Assembly: GCA_965287045.1 (NCBI GenBank)
Contig: OZ336879.1
Span: 58,962,001 to 59,026,000 of the forward strand
Origin: Carcharhinus amblyrhynchos
Taxonomy: Eukaryota
DNA: 64,000 bases
Reading direction: 5' to 3'
In this document: positions 11,071 through 24,477 of the stretch, one piece after another
Layout of the letters: each line of letters begins with the position of its first letter
Numbering within the stretch: the first letter of the stretch is position 1
The notes under the pieces: model-generated
What the model was told of the DNA's origin: nothing
The model's input: the letters and a program-made list of their open reading frames with translations, nothing else
Databases searched by the model: none
Translations under genes and position numbers: made by a program

Positions 11071-12374
11071 TTATGACCCTATAACTGAGGCTGTTGCTAG
11101 CAGCATGGCTGAAACCATCAAATAAATTGTTAAGTTCTTGTTGAATGCACCTTGTTAAAAGCCACTTCACCCTCCTCCTGCAATCTGTTATAATGTACAA
11201 GCTGCAGACAGTGTAACTATCCACCTCTTTTATTCCCACTATTACCTCATCACAATCCTACCCCCTGATTTTATGCTTTCAAATTCCATAGAACTGCTCT
11301 TAGGCCAGCAGTACTACTGAAGCTGATGGCGTAGAGGGAAAATTGAATGAGGAAAAAGAAACACCATCACTTGAACTGACAGCCACCAGCTCAGATAGTA
11401 GCACAGTGTGAACTTTAGACAGCAGTCCAGGGGATAGGATCATGTGGGTGGCAGCTCCCCACAGAGTGAAATGGTACAAGAATTCTGCTGCCCGGGACTC
11501 TGATGAGGACTTCACTGGGGTGGTGCATAGGAAAAGGTTGACGAGCGTGCATACTGAAATGTTTGGTGCAGTGTCTGCTAACAGCCTGCTGTCACTGTGG
11601 AATGGAGAAATCCAACTGTAACATAAGTCAGACTTTTGCACAAAGCTTGGAGCTTCTCCTTTCCATTGTAGGAGTGGTTGCCAAGCCCCAGGACTGTATT
11701 TGCAGACCTCTCCATCATGCAGTATCTGATTACCTATATCTCTGCTTCCATTACAGGACAAACCAAAACCACCCATCATCTAAATGCCACATTACAAGAT
11801 CAGGTTGATGTCAGAAAATCTCAACTTGTTGCCATGTAAGGCTAGATTGGCGCTAAGCAAGCCCAGCTTGGTGTCATAAAAGCTCAGGCTGCTGCCATCA
11901 TGGGTGCCAATACTAATGCTCAATGGATCTTTCAGGGCTTCACAACAATTCAGCAATTTGTCTTCTAACAGCTTGCTCTCATATCTGAGCACAGCCTGGA
12001 GGAATGGCAGTAATGCCATGGAGGATAAACCTACTGTCCTCTCTAAGTGACAGCATTTGTTGCTCCTACCACTGCCATTCCACCAGTGCCTCTTCTGTTT
12101 CTTGTCAGTCAGCCAGCCTAGATTGCTACATCTGACGGTATGGTCTAAAATAGGGCCTTCTTGATCCAGAACTGCACAGGGAAATCCTGCAAATCCTCAT
12201 GCACCTTCCTGTACTGAAAGTCAGCAGCATCCACTAACCATACTGCAGCCATAAGGTTAGCACCTAGACAGGCAAATCATCCCAAGACAATCAGTAAGGA
12301 ACTTAGATTGTGATTAGTTGAGTATTATCTGAGAGTCTTTTGTGGTTTCAGTGCACCTTTACCATTGAAATTTA

Positions 12375-12980
12375 ACGTCTGCAAAGTCACATGTGTGCAG
12401 TCAATGGCACTCTGCACCACTGGTATATCTCAGTGCGAACAGAAAAGATAACAAAGTTCCCTCTCCGGGCAGCCTCTATCACCCCCCAAATGCAGCAATG
12501 GATGATGAACCACAATATGTTGTCTTTGTTCCCATTTCATAGAATCCCTAATGTGCACAAAGAGGCCACTCGGCCCATTGAGCCTGCATCAATTACAATC
12601 CCACCCAGACCTTATCCCAATAACCCCATGTATTTACCTTGCTAACCCCTCAAACACTAAGTTACAATTTAGCATGGCCAATCAACATAACTAGTACATC
12701 TTTGGAGTGTGGCAAGAAACTGGAGGACCCAGAGGAAACCCACACAGACATGGGGAGAATGTGCAAACTGCACACTGACATTGACCCGATGCCAGAATTG
12801 AACCCGGGTCCCTGGTGCTGCAAGGCAGCAGTGCTAACCAGTTAAGTGTATAAAATATTCAGAGCAATGGTCACCGTCATATTAGAGCCATCATTGTCTT
12901 GCACTGAGGCTGCAGGGCTGGTTCAAGAAGAGGCATAGATCTGTGACCAACTCTTTGATGAATCGCAAACAACCACTCAT
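12375..12980 (-). mobile_element. PIF/Harbinger (HARBI1-like) transposase remnant, split by a SINE
   Basis: Minus strand encodes CLRFIKELVTDLC, VTIALN and PVVQSAIDCTHVT (cf. the HARBI1-type GAIDCTH motif). The flanking ~11.1-13.6 kb is probably the rest of the element. Confidence 0.75.
12538..12841 (-). mobile_element. V-SINE, tail type A (CR1-type gattctatg)
   Basis: catagaatcccta...gaggaaacccac..gacatggggagaatgtgcaaact..ggcagcagtgctaacca. Confidence 0.9.
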
Positions 12981-14394
12981 GAATGAAAGTGGAAGCAGGA
13001 GAAGTGCTACTGGAAGAAGATAGATGGTTAACTGTTGTGAACTCATCATCACTTCCTTCTCCTTTCTCAGCAAGCAGCCTGTCTCATTTACTGCCTCTGC
13101 CCCATCTGCCTCTGATGCCGCAGTGCAAGGTAGACTCAAGAGTTCTTGAAGTAGCAAATAATGCTTTTACATGTCTTCTACATCTCTTTTACCAATTGCC
13201 TTCAACTCCCCCAAACACTTAGCACCTCCACAAACTCAGCAGGAGCTGATAGAAAATGATACAGGACTTAGTGACAAGTTGTTAATGATCTCTTTTAAAA
13301 GCACTGTTGGGGGTGCCCTTGCACTACTCAGTGTAAGTTTGTGATTTGGAAAGGGCATTAACTAAAGTCTAAAGTGGCAACATCAGCATTAGATGTCAAC
13401 TGACATTGCGATCTGCCAACTCTGCATAATTCCAATGCATACACTTAATGTCAGCGATAATGCCCTCATCAACGTGGTGCTCAGCACATGTGACACTGAA
13501 AGAGGGTGGAAATGGCATGGCAGCCATTTTCTACAAACTGACGCTATCGCACCAAAACTGCCAGTAGTTCAAAGCTGAATTTTACTGCCAACAGTTTCTG
13601 GATATCACACGCATCTAAATCAATGTGTACAGCAAGTAAATTAAATTTAATTAAATGTCTTAATCCCACAACTCAGGTGAGGTCAACTCTGTTGGTTGCA
13701 TAATGTAGTCAATGGTGACAACAGGACATCATGAACACATAGCCCATTCCATTCTCTCTTATAAATTGTCAAATGTTAAGTTTTGCTGAGAGAAACATTT
13801 ATTGTTCAAACTCCAGTCAGATTCTGATTAACAGAGACTTTTCAAGCCCTAACTTGTCTCCCTGAAACTTTAGTCACCAGTGCATTTTAAATTTTGCAGT
13901 AATCCCATTGATTAAATTTTTCATTAAATTCAATATTATATTTTTCATCTCTATATAATTTTGTTTCACTTTAATCCTAAAATACACCAATAGGCATGGA
14001 ATCAAAGCCAGTTAATCTGTGTTTCAGCAGTTGACCTATTTTATGTGTGTAGTTCCTCCTCATCAGAAGCATGTTTAGTGAAGTGGCAAAGCAATGTTTC
14101 ACCTGTCAAAGACAACTACAGTAACCAGGATGAATGCCACTTTATTAATGCTGACAACTGAAAGCTGCGGGTTACAGACACACATCATTTTATCTACTGT
14201 TTCTCAGTCTTATCTTTTTAGTGTTTCTCAGGATATGGGCGACACTGGGAAGGCTACATTTATTGTTCGTACCTGGTTACATTGATATGGTAGTGATGGA
14301 TCATCTTCTTGAACCACTGTAGTTCTTATGACAATGATACTTCCACAAAGTAGGAAAGTCCAGGGTATTAAACCAGTGATGATCAAAGAAGTTT

Positions 14395-14595
14395 GTACTT
14401 AGGCGGATTGGCCATGGTAAAATGGCCATGGTAAAATGCCCCTAGTGTCCAAAGAAGGGTAGGTTAGGGGGATTAACAGAATAAATGTATGGGGTTACAA
14501 GGATTGGGCAAGGGAAAGATGCTCTGACAGAGTGTCGGTGCAGACTTGATGGGCTGAATAGCCTCCTTCTGCAATGCAGGGATTCTATAAATCTA
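14395..14595 (+). mobile_element. V-SINE 3' half with internal 14-bp tandem duplication
   Basis: ggccatggtaaaat occurs twice in tandem, and the copy ends in gggattctat. Confidence 0.75.
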
Positions 14596-16868
14596 TGTCC
14601 AAATCCAGATAGTGTGCCAAGGTGAAGGACGTATTGATGATGTTCCTGCAGAATTGTTGCTATGATCCTTTTTGGTAATGGAAATTCCAGTGCCTGCTGC
14701 TAATTTTCCAACCTTAGCCACAACAGAAAGGAATTTTGACATTTTTGGCAAAGTGTTTTCTCAGGTGGAAAAAGCCAAGGTAGCTGGCAGGTTTTCCTGT
14801 AGTATTTTTAAACACTTCGCCAAAAAAAAGGGGCTGGTCACATATCATGCTGGCGGGACGAGGTCTAATTGACCAGCAACTTATACTTTTATACAATCAA
14901 GATGTAAATTAATAAAAATTGAATCCCCCTACCCCCTACAGAACTACCAACTGCCCATCTATCCCCCACCATGGAACTCACCCCCAGAACTTCCCGCACG
15001 GAACTCCAGACCCTACCACCACCACAGAGCCCCCTCCACCCCATCCCACCTTATGAAACTGCAACAAACCCCAACGCAACACCCTTTGCCCTTGGAACAC
15101 TCCCCTGGCACTGCAGACTGCAGAGAGCAGTCTGGCACTGCCATTGAATCTAAAAACAACAGCAATGAAAAAACTGCTCTCTTGTTTCCTTACTTTTAAA
15201 TGTGTAGTATTAATAGGTGCCGTTCCATGGTAATATGCTATGAATAAAACCTTGGTTTTATTGGTGACTATGAATGAATGAAAGCAAGCATATTTTGCTC
15301 TAATGATTGTGAAAGGCTTAGCAATAACTTTATAACTGCCAGTCACAATCCTTAAGAGGAATTCTTCTTATCTTTCACCCACTTCTGCACGGTGCATACT
15401 ATACCAGATGAGTGATTATTTTAGGCAACGCAGTTGAAAAAATCAATAATAGAGTGGCAAAATACTGATCATTTCAGAAATGACTTAAAAAGTAATATTA
15501 CCTTAACGCATGTACAATAATAAATCAGTAGCTTCATAAACAGTCCTATGTACATATGGATGAAAGACAAATGTTTTCAAGCACAGACCTAATTGAATTT
15601 TGTGAGCCCGTGAACCCTGGGTGAGGTGGGTGGATTGTGTTGCGGGGGAAAGGCTAGGGATCCTACCTGCTGGAGGTTCAAATCACAAGTTTAATCACAT
15701 ACTGACCATGGTTTTCCAAACATTTAAATAAATTGTCTGAAAAATGTGGGCAGTGAGCATTGATTTTATTTATGTAAGCTTCTTGGGGGCAAGGTTACTT
15801 GCTGAGAATGAGTACGCAGAATTAATTTCAATAAAAGAATAAAGGTGAGAAAAAAATGAAAGAAGTGATTGGATTTTGAATTTTTATTAATTAAATATTT
15901 TGATTGTTATTTTTTAATTGCTTTAATTGCACAAAATTAAAATTGTGGCATTTCACCTTTGTATGACAGTCATGTTGTGTGGAGCCTTCTGCTCAGTGTT
16001 GGCAGGCTAGAGGGAGAAAGATGATTGCCTATAAGTGCAGCTGGCACTGGGTACTGCCATTGTTACATGGGACCTTAAAAGTCAGGGACTTTCAGCATTT
16101 GGAGCAGTGCTGAAGAGCCAGGCTGGTGGGAAAAGCTTGGACTGGACAGAAAATGATGTGGGAGAGCACGGAAAAACTTGAGTAATGGGAAATCACTGAA
16201 ACCAAATGGGAAAGGCGTTGAAGTTTCACTGTTATCCTTGGATTTAGAACAGTACAGAGGTAAGGATGTGAGTAAGACATTTACTTTAAAGCTGATTCAT
16301 TCTTCAAGGATGTTCTTTGTTTTAAGTGTTAGTTTTGACCTGATGTTATTGTGTTGTATGAAAATAAAAAAAACAGCAAGAAGAAATTGTACATGAGAAA
16401 CTAACCTTCCCCAAGATTGACAGGAAATGTGCACTTTGAATAGATTAATTAATAGATATGGCTAGAGAGAAATATTATTCACTAATATTAGTATCAATCA
16501 TTAGTGTAAATCAGTACTCAGAGCTTTAAAATTACAATTGAATTTAATTTTAATCCATATATATCTTCACATAAGTTGCACAACAATTTGTCCAATTACT
16601 CACATGGGAAGTTTTTAAGTCCCCTTCAATACTTTGAATATTCAGTCATTCCAGAAACCCCGCACCATAGTTACATGATTCTGGAGCTGTTTTGCATTCC
16701 AGGCCTCATTTTAATATGATCCTTTCTTTAAATTCATTTGTGGGACAAGGCTGTTGCTAGCTGGCTAAGATTTATTGATGTGGAGATGCCAGCATTGGAC
16801 TGGGTTAAACATAATAAGGAGTCTCACAACATCAGGTTAAAGTCCAGTAGGTTTATTTGGTAGCACAA

Positions 16869-16910
16869 GCCACTAGCTTTCGGAGAGCTGCCCCTTCATC
16901 AGGTAAATGG
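16869..16910 (-). ncRNA. Minimal hammerhead ribozyme motif in left pLTR
   Basis: Reverse complement reads ccatttac-CTGATGA-a-gggg(cagct)ctcc-GAAA-gcta-gtgg. Confidence 0.7.
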
Positions 16911-17570
16911 GAGTTCTGTTCACAAACAGGGCACATAAAGCCAAAACTCAGTTTACAAAATAATGGTTGGAATTTGAGTCTTTACAGGTAATCAAGTCTG
17001 AAAGGTACAGACAATGTGAGTGGAGAGAGGGTTAAGCACATGTTAAAGAGATGTGTATTGTCCCCATTCAGGACAGTTAGTGACATTTTGCAAGTCCAGG
17101 CAAGTCGTGGGGGTTACAGATAGTGTGACATAAACCCAAGATCCCAGTTGAGGCTGTCCTCATGTGTGGAACTTGGCTATCAGTCTCTGCTCAATGACTC
17201 TGCTTTGTCGCGTGTCATGAAGGCCGCCTTGGAGAATGCTTACCCAAAGATTGGAGGCCAAATGCCCATGACCGCTGAAGAGTTCCCCAACAGGAAGAGA
17301 ACACTCTTGCCTGGTGATTGTCGAGCGGTATTCAACTACCTGAAATGCTGCAGGAAAGGATGTCCCGAGGCATAGTACACTGGGGAGATCATGCAGACAC
17401 TACGACAATGGATGAATGATAATACACATCTCTTTAACCTGTGCTTAACCCTCTCTCTGCTCACATTGTCTGTATCTTTATGATTTGATTACCTGTAAAG
17501 ACTCGCATTTCAACCATTATTTTGTAAATTGAATTTGTGTTTTTATATGCCCTATTTGTGAACAGAACTC

Positions 17571-17611
17571 CCACTTACCTGATGAAGGAGCAGCACTCTG
17601 AAAGCTTGTGG
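17571..17611 (+). ncRNA. Minimal hammerhead ribozyme motif in right pLTR
   Basis: ccacttac-CTGATGA-a-ggag(cagca)ctct-GAAA-gctt-gtgg. Confidence 0.68.
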
Positions 17612-18029
17612 TTTGTGCTACCAAATAAATCTGTAGGACTTTAACCTGTTGTGAGACTTCTTACAACATTTATTGACCACCCCTAGTTGTCCTTGTTCAG
17701 AGGGCAATTGAGAGTCAACCACAATACTGTGACTCTGGAGTCACACGTAGGCCAGATGAGGTAAGGACATTAATGAACAGATAGGTTTTTCAGACAATTG
17801 ACAATAGTTTTATGGTCATCAATAGATTCTTAATTCCAGATATTTTTTATTGAATTCACATTCCACCAACTGCCATGGTGGGATTTGAACTTGTGTCCCC
17901 AGAACATTAGCCGAGTTTCTGGATTAATAGTCTAGTGATAATACCACTAGGTCATTGCCTCCTCCTCACATCAGGAAACAGAATAATTTTTATAGCCTGC
18001 CATGCCTTAAAAGCCTTCCCTCAGTTCCC

Positions 18030-18140
18030 CTAACTCATCCCAAAACCGGAAAATCCCAGCCGAGGTCAATGGCTCTTTCCATGGTTTGCCCCTCACCTGC
18101 TATGATTCCCATGGTGGGTGGAATGGGAAATTTTGCTCCT
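18030..18140. mobile_element. MITE-like repeat (family also at 30414-30540 and 55916-56055)
   Basis: ggaaaatccc..aggtcaatgg..ctatgattccc.tgg is shared among the three copies. Confidence 0.65.
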
Positions 18141-18984
18141 CTTTCTTTTATTCCAGAGTTCTTGAATAATTGTGAACTGTGAGTCATAGGAAATTACCAT
18201 TTATTAAGAATCTAATGTCAGTCTGGTAGTCAGATAGTTCAGCGATAGCCCTGATATTATTAGCGGTGGAGAAAATATGGGTGGAATTTTAACTCCTCAC
18301 CCCATTCAGGTCAGTTGTTTAAGAAGGAATAATGAGTTGAGGACAACACTGATGGATGCAATAAATAGCTGCCAAGGTTTACACAGACAATTTTTCTTTC
18401 CTCCTCAATCCAGCGCAGCTGAGATCTGTAATGCTCCAATATAATCTGAGTATTTCTTGCCATGTTAAAAAAAGACAAATTAATTCTACCCAGAATATTA
18501 GTTATCCCTAACCCACACAGAACTCAGTACAATTCTTCTGATATGCTTAACTTTGACTATGAAATTGATTACAATCATGCAGCACTGTTAAGTTGGTCAT
18601 CATGTAGAAAGGATACATTTGACTACACAGCTGGATATCAATAGCTTCAGGTTGTAAATAAATGGGAGCACAGCATGTTTTATAAAGTAATGCCACTGCT
18701 TATATCAACACACTCCTTCTTGATCTGATGTATTTAGACTGACATGTTAACTGAACACAAGCCTCCAGACAACAGTGAGTATAGCCACCTCATACATCTG
18801 TAAAAACCACTTAGATGCTGGAATTTTACTCAAAATAATAAATATTGCATCATAATTTTGGCATTTTCAAACAATAACGAAGGGGACAATTTCTTCTCAT
18901 TTTATTTCCAGCCTTTTAAGGAACTCTACTGTTTCAGAGGTGATGTTGCAGTATGTTTTAAGACGTCAATAAGCAAGGTTTGTT

Positions 18985-21160
18985 TTTATTCATTCATGGG
19001 ACATGGGCATTGCTGACTGGCCAGCATTTATTGCCCATCCGTGTTGCCTTTAAGAAGATGGTGGTGAGCTGCCTTCTTGAATCGCTGCAGTCCACGTGCT
19101 GTGGGTTGACCCCCAAAGCCATTAGGGAGGGAATTCCAGAATTTTGATCCAGCAACTGCGAAGGAAAGATGATATATTTCCAAAGCAGGATGGTGAGTGG
19201 CTTGGAGGGGAACTTACAGGTAGTGGTGTTCCCATTTATCTGCTGCCCTTTTCCTTCTAGATAAAAGTGGTCATAGGTTTGAAAGGTACTGTCTAAGGAT
19301 CTTTGGTGAATTGATGCAGTGCATCTTGTAGAGAGTTCACACTGCTACTTCTGAGTGTCGGTGGTGGAAGGATTGAATGTTTGTAGATGTGGTGCCAATC
19401 AAATGGGCTGCTTTGTCCTGGATGGTGTCAAGCTTCTTGAGTGTTGTTGGAGCTGCACCCATCCAGGAAAATGGGAGTATTCTATCAAACTCCTGACTTG
19501 TGCCTTGTAGATAGGGGATTGGCTTTGGGGAGTTAGGAAATGAGTTACTCACTGCAGTATTCCTAGCCTCTGACCTGTTCTTGTAGCTTATGTGGTGAGT
19601 CCTGTTGAGTTTCTGGTCAATGGTAACCCCAAGGATGTTGACAATGGGGAATTCAGTGATAGTTACACCATTGAATGTTAAGGGGCAGTGGTTAGTGTCT
19701 CTTACTGGTGATGGGTCATTGCCTTGTATTTGTGTGACGTGAATGTTACTTGTCACTTGTCAGCCCAAGCCTGGATATTCTCCAGATCTTGTTGCATTTA
19801 AATATGGACTGCGTCAGTATCTCAGGAGTCGCAAATGGTGCTGAACACTGTGAAATCATCGGCAAAGATCCCCACTTCTGACCTTATAATGGAGGGAAGG
19901 CCACTGATGAAGCAGCTGAAGATTGTTGGGCCTAGGGTACTACCCTGAGGGACCCCTGCAGGAATGTCATGAAGCTGAAATGACTGACCCTCCACAACCA
20001 CAACCATCTTCCTATGTACCAGGTATGACTCCAACCAGCAGAGAGTTTGCCCCGTGATACACATTGATTCCAGTTTCCCTAGGGCTCCTTGACGCCACAC
20101 TCAGTCAAATGCGGCCTTGATGTCAAGGGCTGTCACTCTCACCTCATCTCTGGAATTCAGCTCTTTTGTCCATGTTTGAACCAAGGCTGTAATGAGGCCA
20201 GGAGCTGAGTGATCCTGGCTAAACCCAAACTGGGCATCACTGGGCTGGTTATTGCTGAACAGGTGCTGCTTAATAGCACTGTCGATGACTCCTTCCATTA
20301 CTTTACTCTCGATCATCAGCAGACTGATTGGACGGTAATTGACGGGGTTGGATTTGTCCTGCCTTTTATGTACAGGACAAACCTGGGCAATTTTCCATAT
20401 TGTTGGGTAGATGTCAGTGTTGTAACTGTACTGGAAGAACTTGGCTAGGGGAGCAGCAAGTTCTGGAGCACAAGTCTTCAATGTTATCAGGACCCAATGC
20501 CTTTGCAGTATCCACTGCACCCAACTGTTTCTTGACATCACATGGAGTGGATCGAATTGGCTGGAGACTGGCATCTGAGATGCTGGGCACCACTGAAAAC
20601 GGATCATCCATCCGGCACTTCTGGCTGAAGATTGCTGTGAATATTTCAGCCTTGTCTTTTGCATTAATGTACTGTTCTCCTCCAGCATGGAGGTTGGGGA
20701 TATTTGTGGAGCGTCTTCCTCTAGTGAGTTGTTTGATTGTTCACTACTATTCACAACTGGAGGTGGAAGGATTGCAGAGCTTAGATCTGATCCATCGGTT
20801 GTGGGATTGCTTAGCTCTGTCTATTACTTGTTGTTTTTGCCATTTGGCATGCAAGTAATCATGTTTGGTAGCTTCACCTGGTTGACACCTCATGCTCCTG
20901 GCATGCCCTCCTGCAGTCTCCATTGAACCAGGGTTGACTACCTGACTTGATGTTAATGGTTATGTTCCGAGCCATGAGCTTGCAAATTGTGCTGGAGTAC
21001 AGTTCTGCCGCTGTTGATGGCCCACAGCACCCCATGCATGCCCAGTCTTGAGTTGCTAGATCGGTTCGAAGTCTGTCCCATTTAGCATGGTGACAATGCC
21101 ACACAACAAAATGGAGGTTATTCTCAATGTGGAGGTGGGACTTTGTCTCCACAAGGACTT
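18985..21160 (-). mobile_element. CR1/L2-group LINE ('family B') RT region with 3' end
   Basis: Motifs NYRPISLL, TALDIKAAFD, GVPQGSTLGP and FADD. The 3' end cccatgaatgaataaa is shared with the tRNA SINE. Confidence 0.92.
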
Positions 21161-22711
21161 AATAATTGCAATATTAATGAAGTGAGAGTGGGCATCCTTG
21201 GTGTACCCGTCAATCATTGATTGGTTAGGACCCAATTTTAAAGAAATCCAAATGATATCCTTTGCCAAGGTGCTTCCCCATCAGAGGATGGAAAAAGACA
21301 GGTAGGAAAGACACAGGACCCAGAGGGTACCTTTTTCATTTTCCAGGGGCATTGGGCTTGTATTGAGGAGTTATTTTTGGACTCTCCTGCTCCTGACTTG
21401 TAAACTCTGCTACAGCAGTAAATATTCCTTCCCATTTCTAGTTGCAGAGCCTTATACGGAAGGGCACATTGAGACCAGGATATTGACCTGAACTCGGAAG
21501 ACCCCAGAATTGATCCTCACAGTCTAGGATTTACTTCTGAAATTGTTCTGGTGCGTTTAGCACTCACATCATGCTCACAAACATGAAGCTGTCAGAAAAT
21601 AGATTGATGATCAGTAAGACAGTCAGTCAATTGCCTGGTGAGCACCCGTTTAAAAAAAAGTTACCAAACTTAGATGCATTGATGCGGTCATATAATGTTT
21701 GTAGTTTCATAAATAACAGAGTGAATTTAGGATCCAATGACAAATACACACATGTCCAATGGGTAACATTGAGTCCTTTTAGAAGGATTCCTGGTTGTTG
21801 AGAGAATTTAACCTGCCTTAAATCTTTGCAAAGAAATAAACAATATCGCTTCTTATAGGAATATATTTGTATCTCTGTCTAATTAATTTCTTTCATGCTG
21901 ATTTTTTTTGTCACAGTAGCCCAACAAGTGTAGTGCTATCCGTACTGGCCTAACTTCACTATAGCAACATGCATTAGTCCAGTTGATAATGAGTTATTTG
22001 TACAATTCCACCCCTGCCCCCCCCAATCTTAGTTATAGTTTATATGGAGATGCCGTCTCCAGGCCCAAACTTCTATCTAATTAATTCCGTACATTAAAAT
22101 TTCCAACTTAATAAAATGTTCAATTTCTGTTCCAGCTGAATGAAAAGACTTAATATGTCATTGGTACTTGCACTAAATAAAAACCAAATTAAATTCTAAT
22201 TATTTTAATGAAGGACATGTGGTTACATCTGCAGTTTGTTATTAACAATGCAGAATTTATTCTGTTTCATGTGGACATCACAAATTGATTCAGCTAATGA
22301 GATTATTCAAGATGAACATTGTCATATTTACCATCACTGCAATATTGATTTTTCTGTCATGTTATAAACACACCATATAGTGTAATGCATAATGCTTATT
22401 TTAGTTTCTTACACATCCAGTATGTAAACTCATATATATTGTCCATTTGTGTCCAAAATCAAGAGTAAGAATGTAAATGTACTCAGATTTTAGTTGCACT
22501 GTGCATCATAATCACAATAAAAACAGTTGTCCAACAGTTACTATTGAGATATGTAAAGACTAAAAATTTATCTGCCTTTATATGAACATTTAGTTTGTTT
22601 TGAATCATCTCCACTCAAAGGATGTTCCTAGTTTGTATATTTTTATACTCCTCGATCTCTTAGCAAAGCTACAAATGCTTAACTGCCAATCTCATTTAGT
22701 TCAGTTCAGAT

Positions 22712-23085
22712 TGACCTGATAAAGGTCTACAAAATCATGAGAGGCATAGACAACATGGATTGTCAGAGGCTTTTTCCAGGGATGGAAATGTCAACTACGA
22801 GAGGGCACAGGTTCAAGGTGAGAGGGGAAAAGTTTAAGGGAGATGTGCAGGGTAAGTTTTTCATGCAGAGTGATGGGTGCTTGGAAAGCTCTGACAGAGG
22901 ATGTGGTGGAAGTAGGCACGTTAGCAACAGTTAAGAGGCATCTGAATGGATACATGAATAAAGGAAATAGACGGATATGGACTGAGTAAGGGCAGGTTAT
23001 TTTTAGTTAGGGCATCATGACTGGCATAGGTTTAAAGGGCCAAAAGGGTCTGTTCCAGTGCTGTACTTTTCTTTGTTCTTTGTTC
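22712..23085 (+). mobile_element. CR1 3' fragment
   Basis: KIMRGIDNMDCQRLFP..TRGHRFKVRG, with a ttctttgttctttg tail. Confidence 0.9.
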
Positions 23086-24477
23086 AAATCATATTTTACT
23101 GTCATACCATTAACCAGTTGAATTCTGAATATTTTTCAAACTGTGTGTTTGACTTGTTCTCATATCTATTATTGGACAGCCAATAGCAACAATCTTTGCA
23201 ACATAGGTGTGAAGAATGGTTGAGGACTACTGGTTCCTTCTAAGTTCTCATTTACAGTGTCTGCCTAAAGGGGTGGTAACAAGACAAAACCAAAACTGAA
23301 CCACTCCCTATTTCACATGTTGTTCAAAGAACATGTTATTCACTACTCAAGAACAGTTCATTACCTCTTTCTTTCCTTCTTTCAAATCACGAAACTGGTG
23401 TCTTATGTGAATTTTCTGTCATTGTTTGAGATGCAGATATTTCAGTGAATTGCAACTTCTCATGACTAATGATGGAAATTGTTTCATAAACCTCATCAAA
23501 GTTATGCATTAGTTTTCATTTCCAGGAACTCAGAGTCAGTAGCTTTATTGCCAAACACTTCAGAATATTTAGGTACAGTAAGCTTTCCTGCATTTGAGTC
23601 TTGCACGAACAGCTGGTCGAACAACCAAACACTTTTATGTTGCCAGTTCTGAAGGAAAATGTGTGTATGTGTGTACAGGAGTGGAGATTATATGAATATA
23701 TTGTTCTCCTGGATTCACAGTCCTAAATGTGGGGTATATGTAGTAGGAAGGTATATTAAAATTGAAGATTTATTGTATTATATGTATAAAATATTCATTA
23801 ATAATTTTTATTGGCAAAGCAGAAAGTTTTATATGCAAGAACATGGTTTAATGTCTTATTGCAACAATCTCTAAAATAATGTTCCTCAGATGATTCACTA
23901 TTCAATGTCATATATTCATAAATTATAGATTTATATCTATAATTACCTACATCCCAAATGATTAAATCGCCACTTTCTTGGTTGAGGAGAGAGATTAAAC
24001 TTTAGTTGATTCATAGCCCTTATTTCAAATAATGTCTCTAAATTCTGGTTATAATTTCCATTTTACTACTAGTTACAATGTCTATCTTGCAAAGTTAATG
24101 GAGGAAATTGAATAGTGGCATAGCTCTCCGCTAGTTTTAACTCATACTGCAAAAGCAGAAATTCACTCATAAAAATGCATTTGCCACTGGGCTACATTTA
24201 TACCCCTTGGTGCTTTGAAATTCATACAGCACAAAATAACATCAAAAGGTATCTTTCATAATTCAAGGGGTCAGTCACATGTAAGTTCCAACAGCATGCT
24301 GATTGATATAGAATCAGACACAATTCATATCCTTTGAGTATTCCCACAGAATTTCAGGCTCTTTGGCTGGCATTTTCCCTGATATAGGCAATGGCTGATG
24401 TTGGGGAGGAAAAGCAGTGTTGAAATTGGCAGTGGTGGTTTTCTCCATCAATGGCACTTGAAAAAAAGTGCCATTAA

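Larger units (their letters stand above)
16779..17667. mobile_element. Penelope-like element: truncated GIY-YIG C-terminus between inverted pLTRs
   Basis: Arms ~16817-17060 and ~17422-17664. Plus strand YLKCCRKGCPEA*YTGEIMQTLRQWMN is GIY-YIG-like; minus strand reads RSTITRQECSLPVGELFSGHGH...LNWDLGFMSHY. TSD atttattga at 16770-16778 and 17668-17676. Confidence 0.92.
16728..17965 (-). mobile_element. tRNA-derived SINE (LINE-shared tail) hosting the Penelope insertion
   Basis: The two halves (16728-16778 and 17668-17965) join to match intact copies at 42122-42468. Confidence 0.85.

Noticed and set aside
11300-11779. 159-aa minus-strand ORF and other ORF-track entries outside recognised RT/EN/IN fragments
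   Set aside because: No recognisable domain. They overlap decayed repeats or are antisense shadows of LINE ORFs.
15960-16265. Possible plus-strand exon ending at AG|GTAAGG (16259/16260)
   Set aside because: Only a donor-like motif supports it. There is no convincing ORF or acceptor.
21440-21555. Possible plus-strand exon with acceptor-like and donor-like ends
   Set aside because: All three frames contain stops and no protein similarity was recognised.
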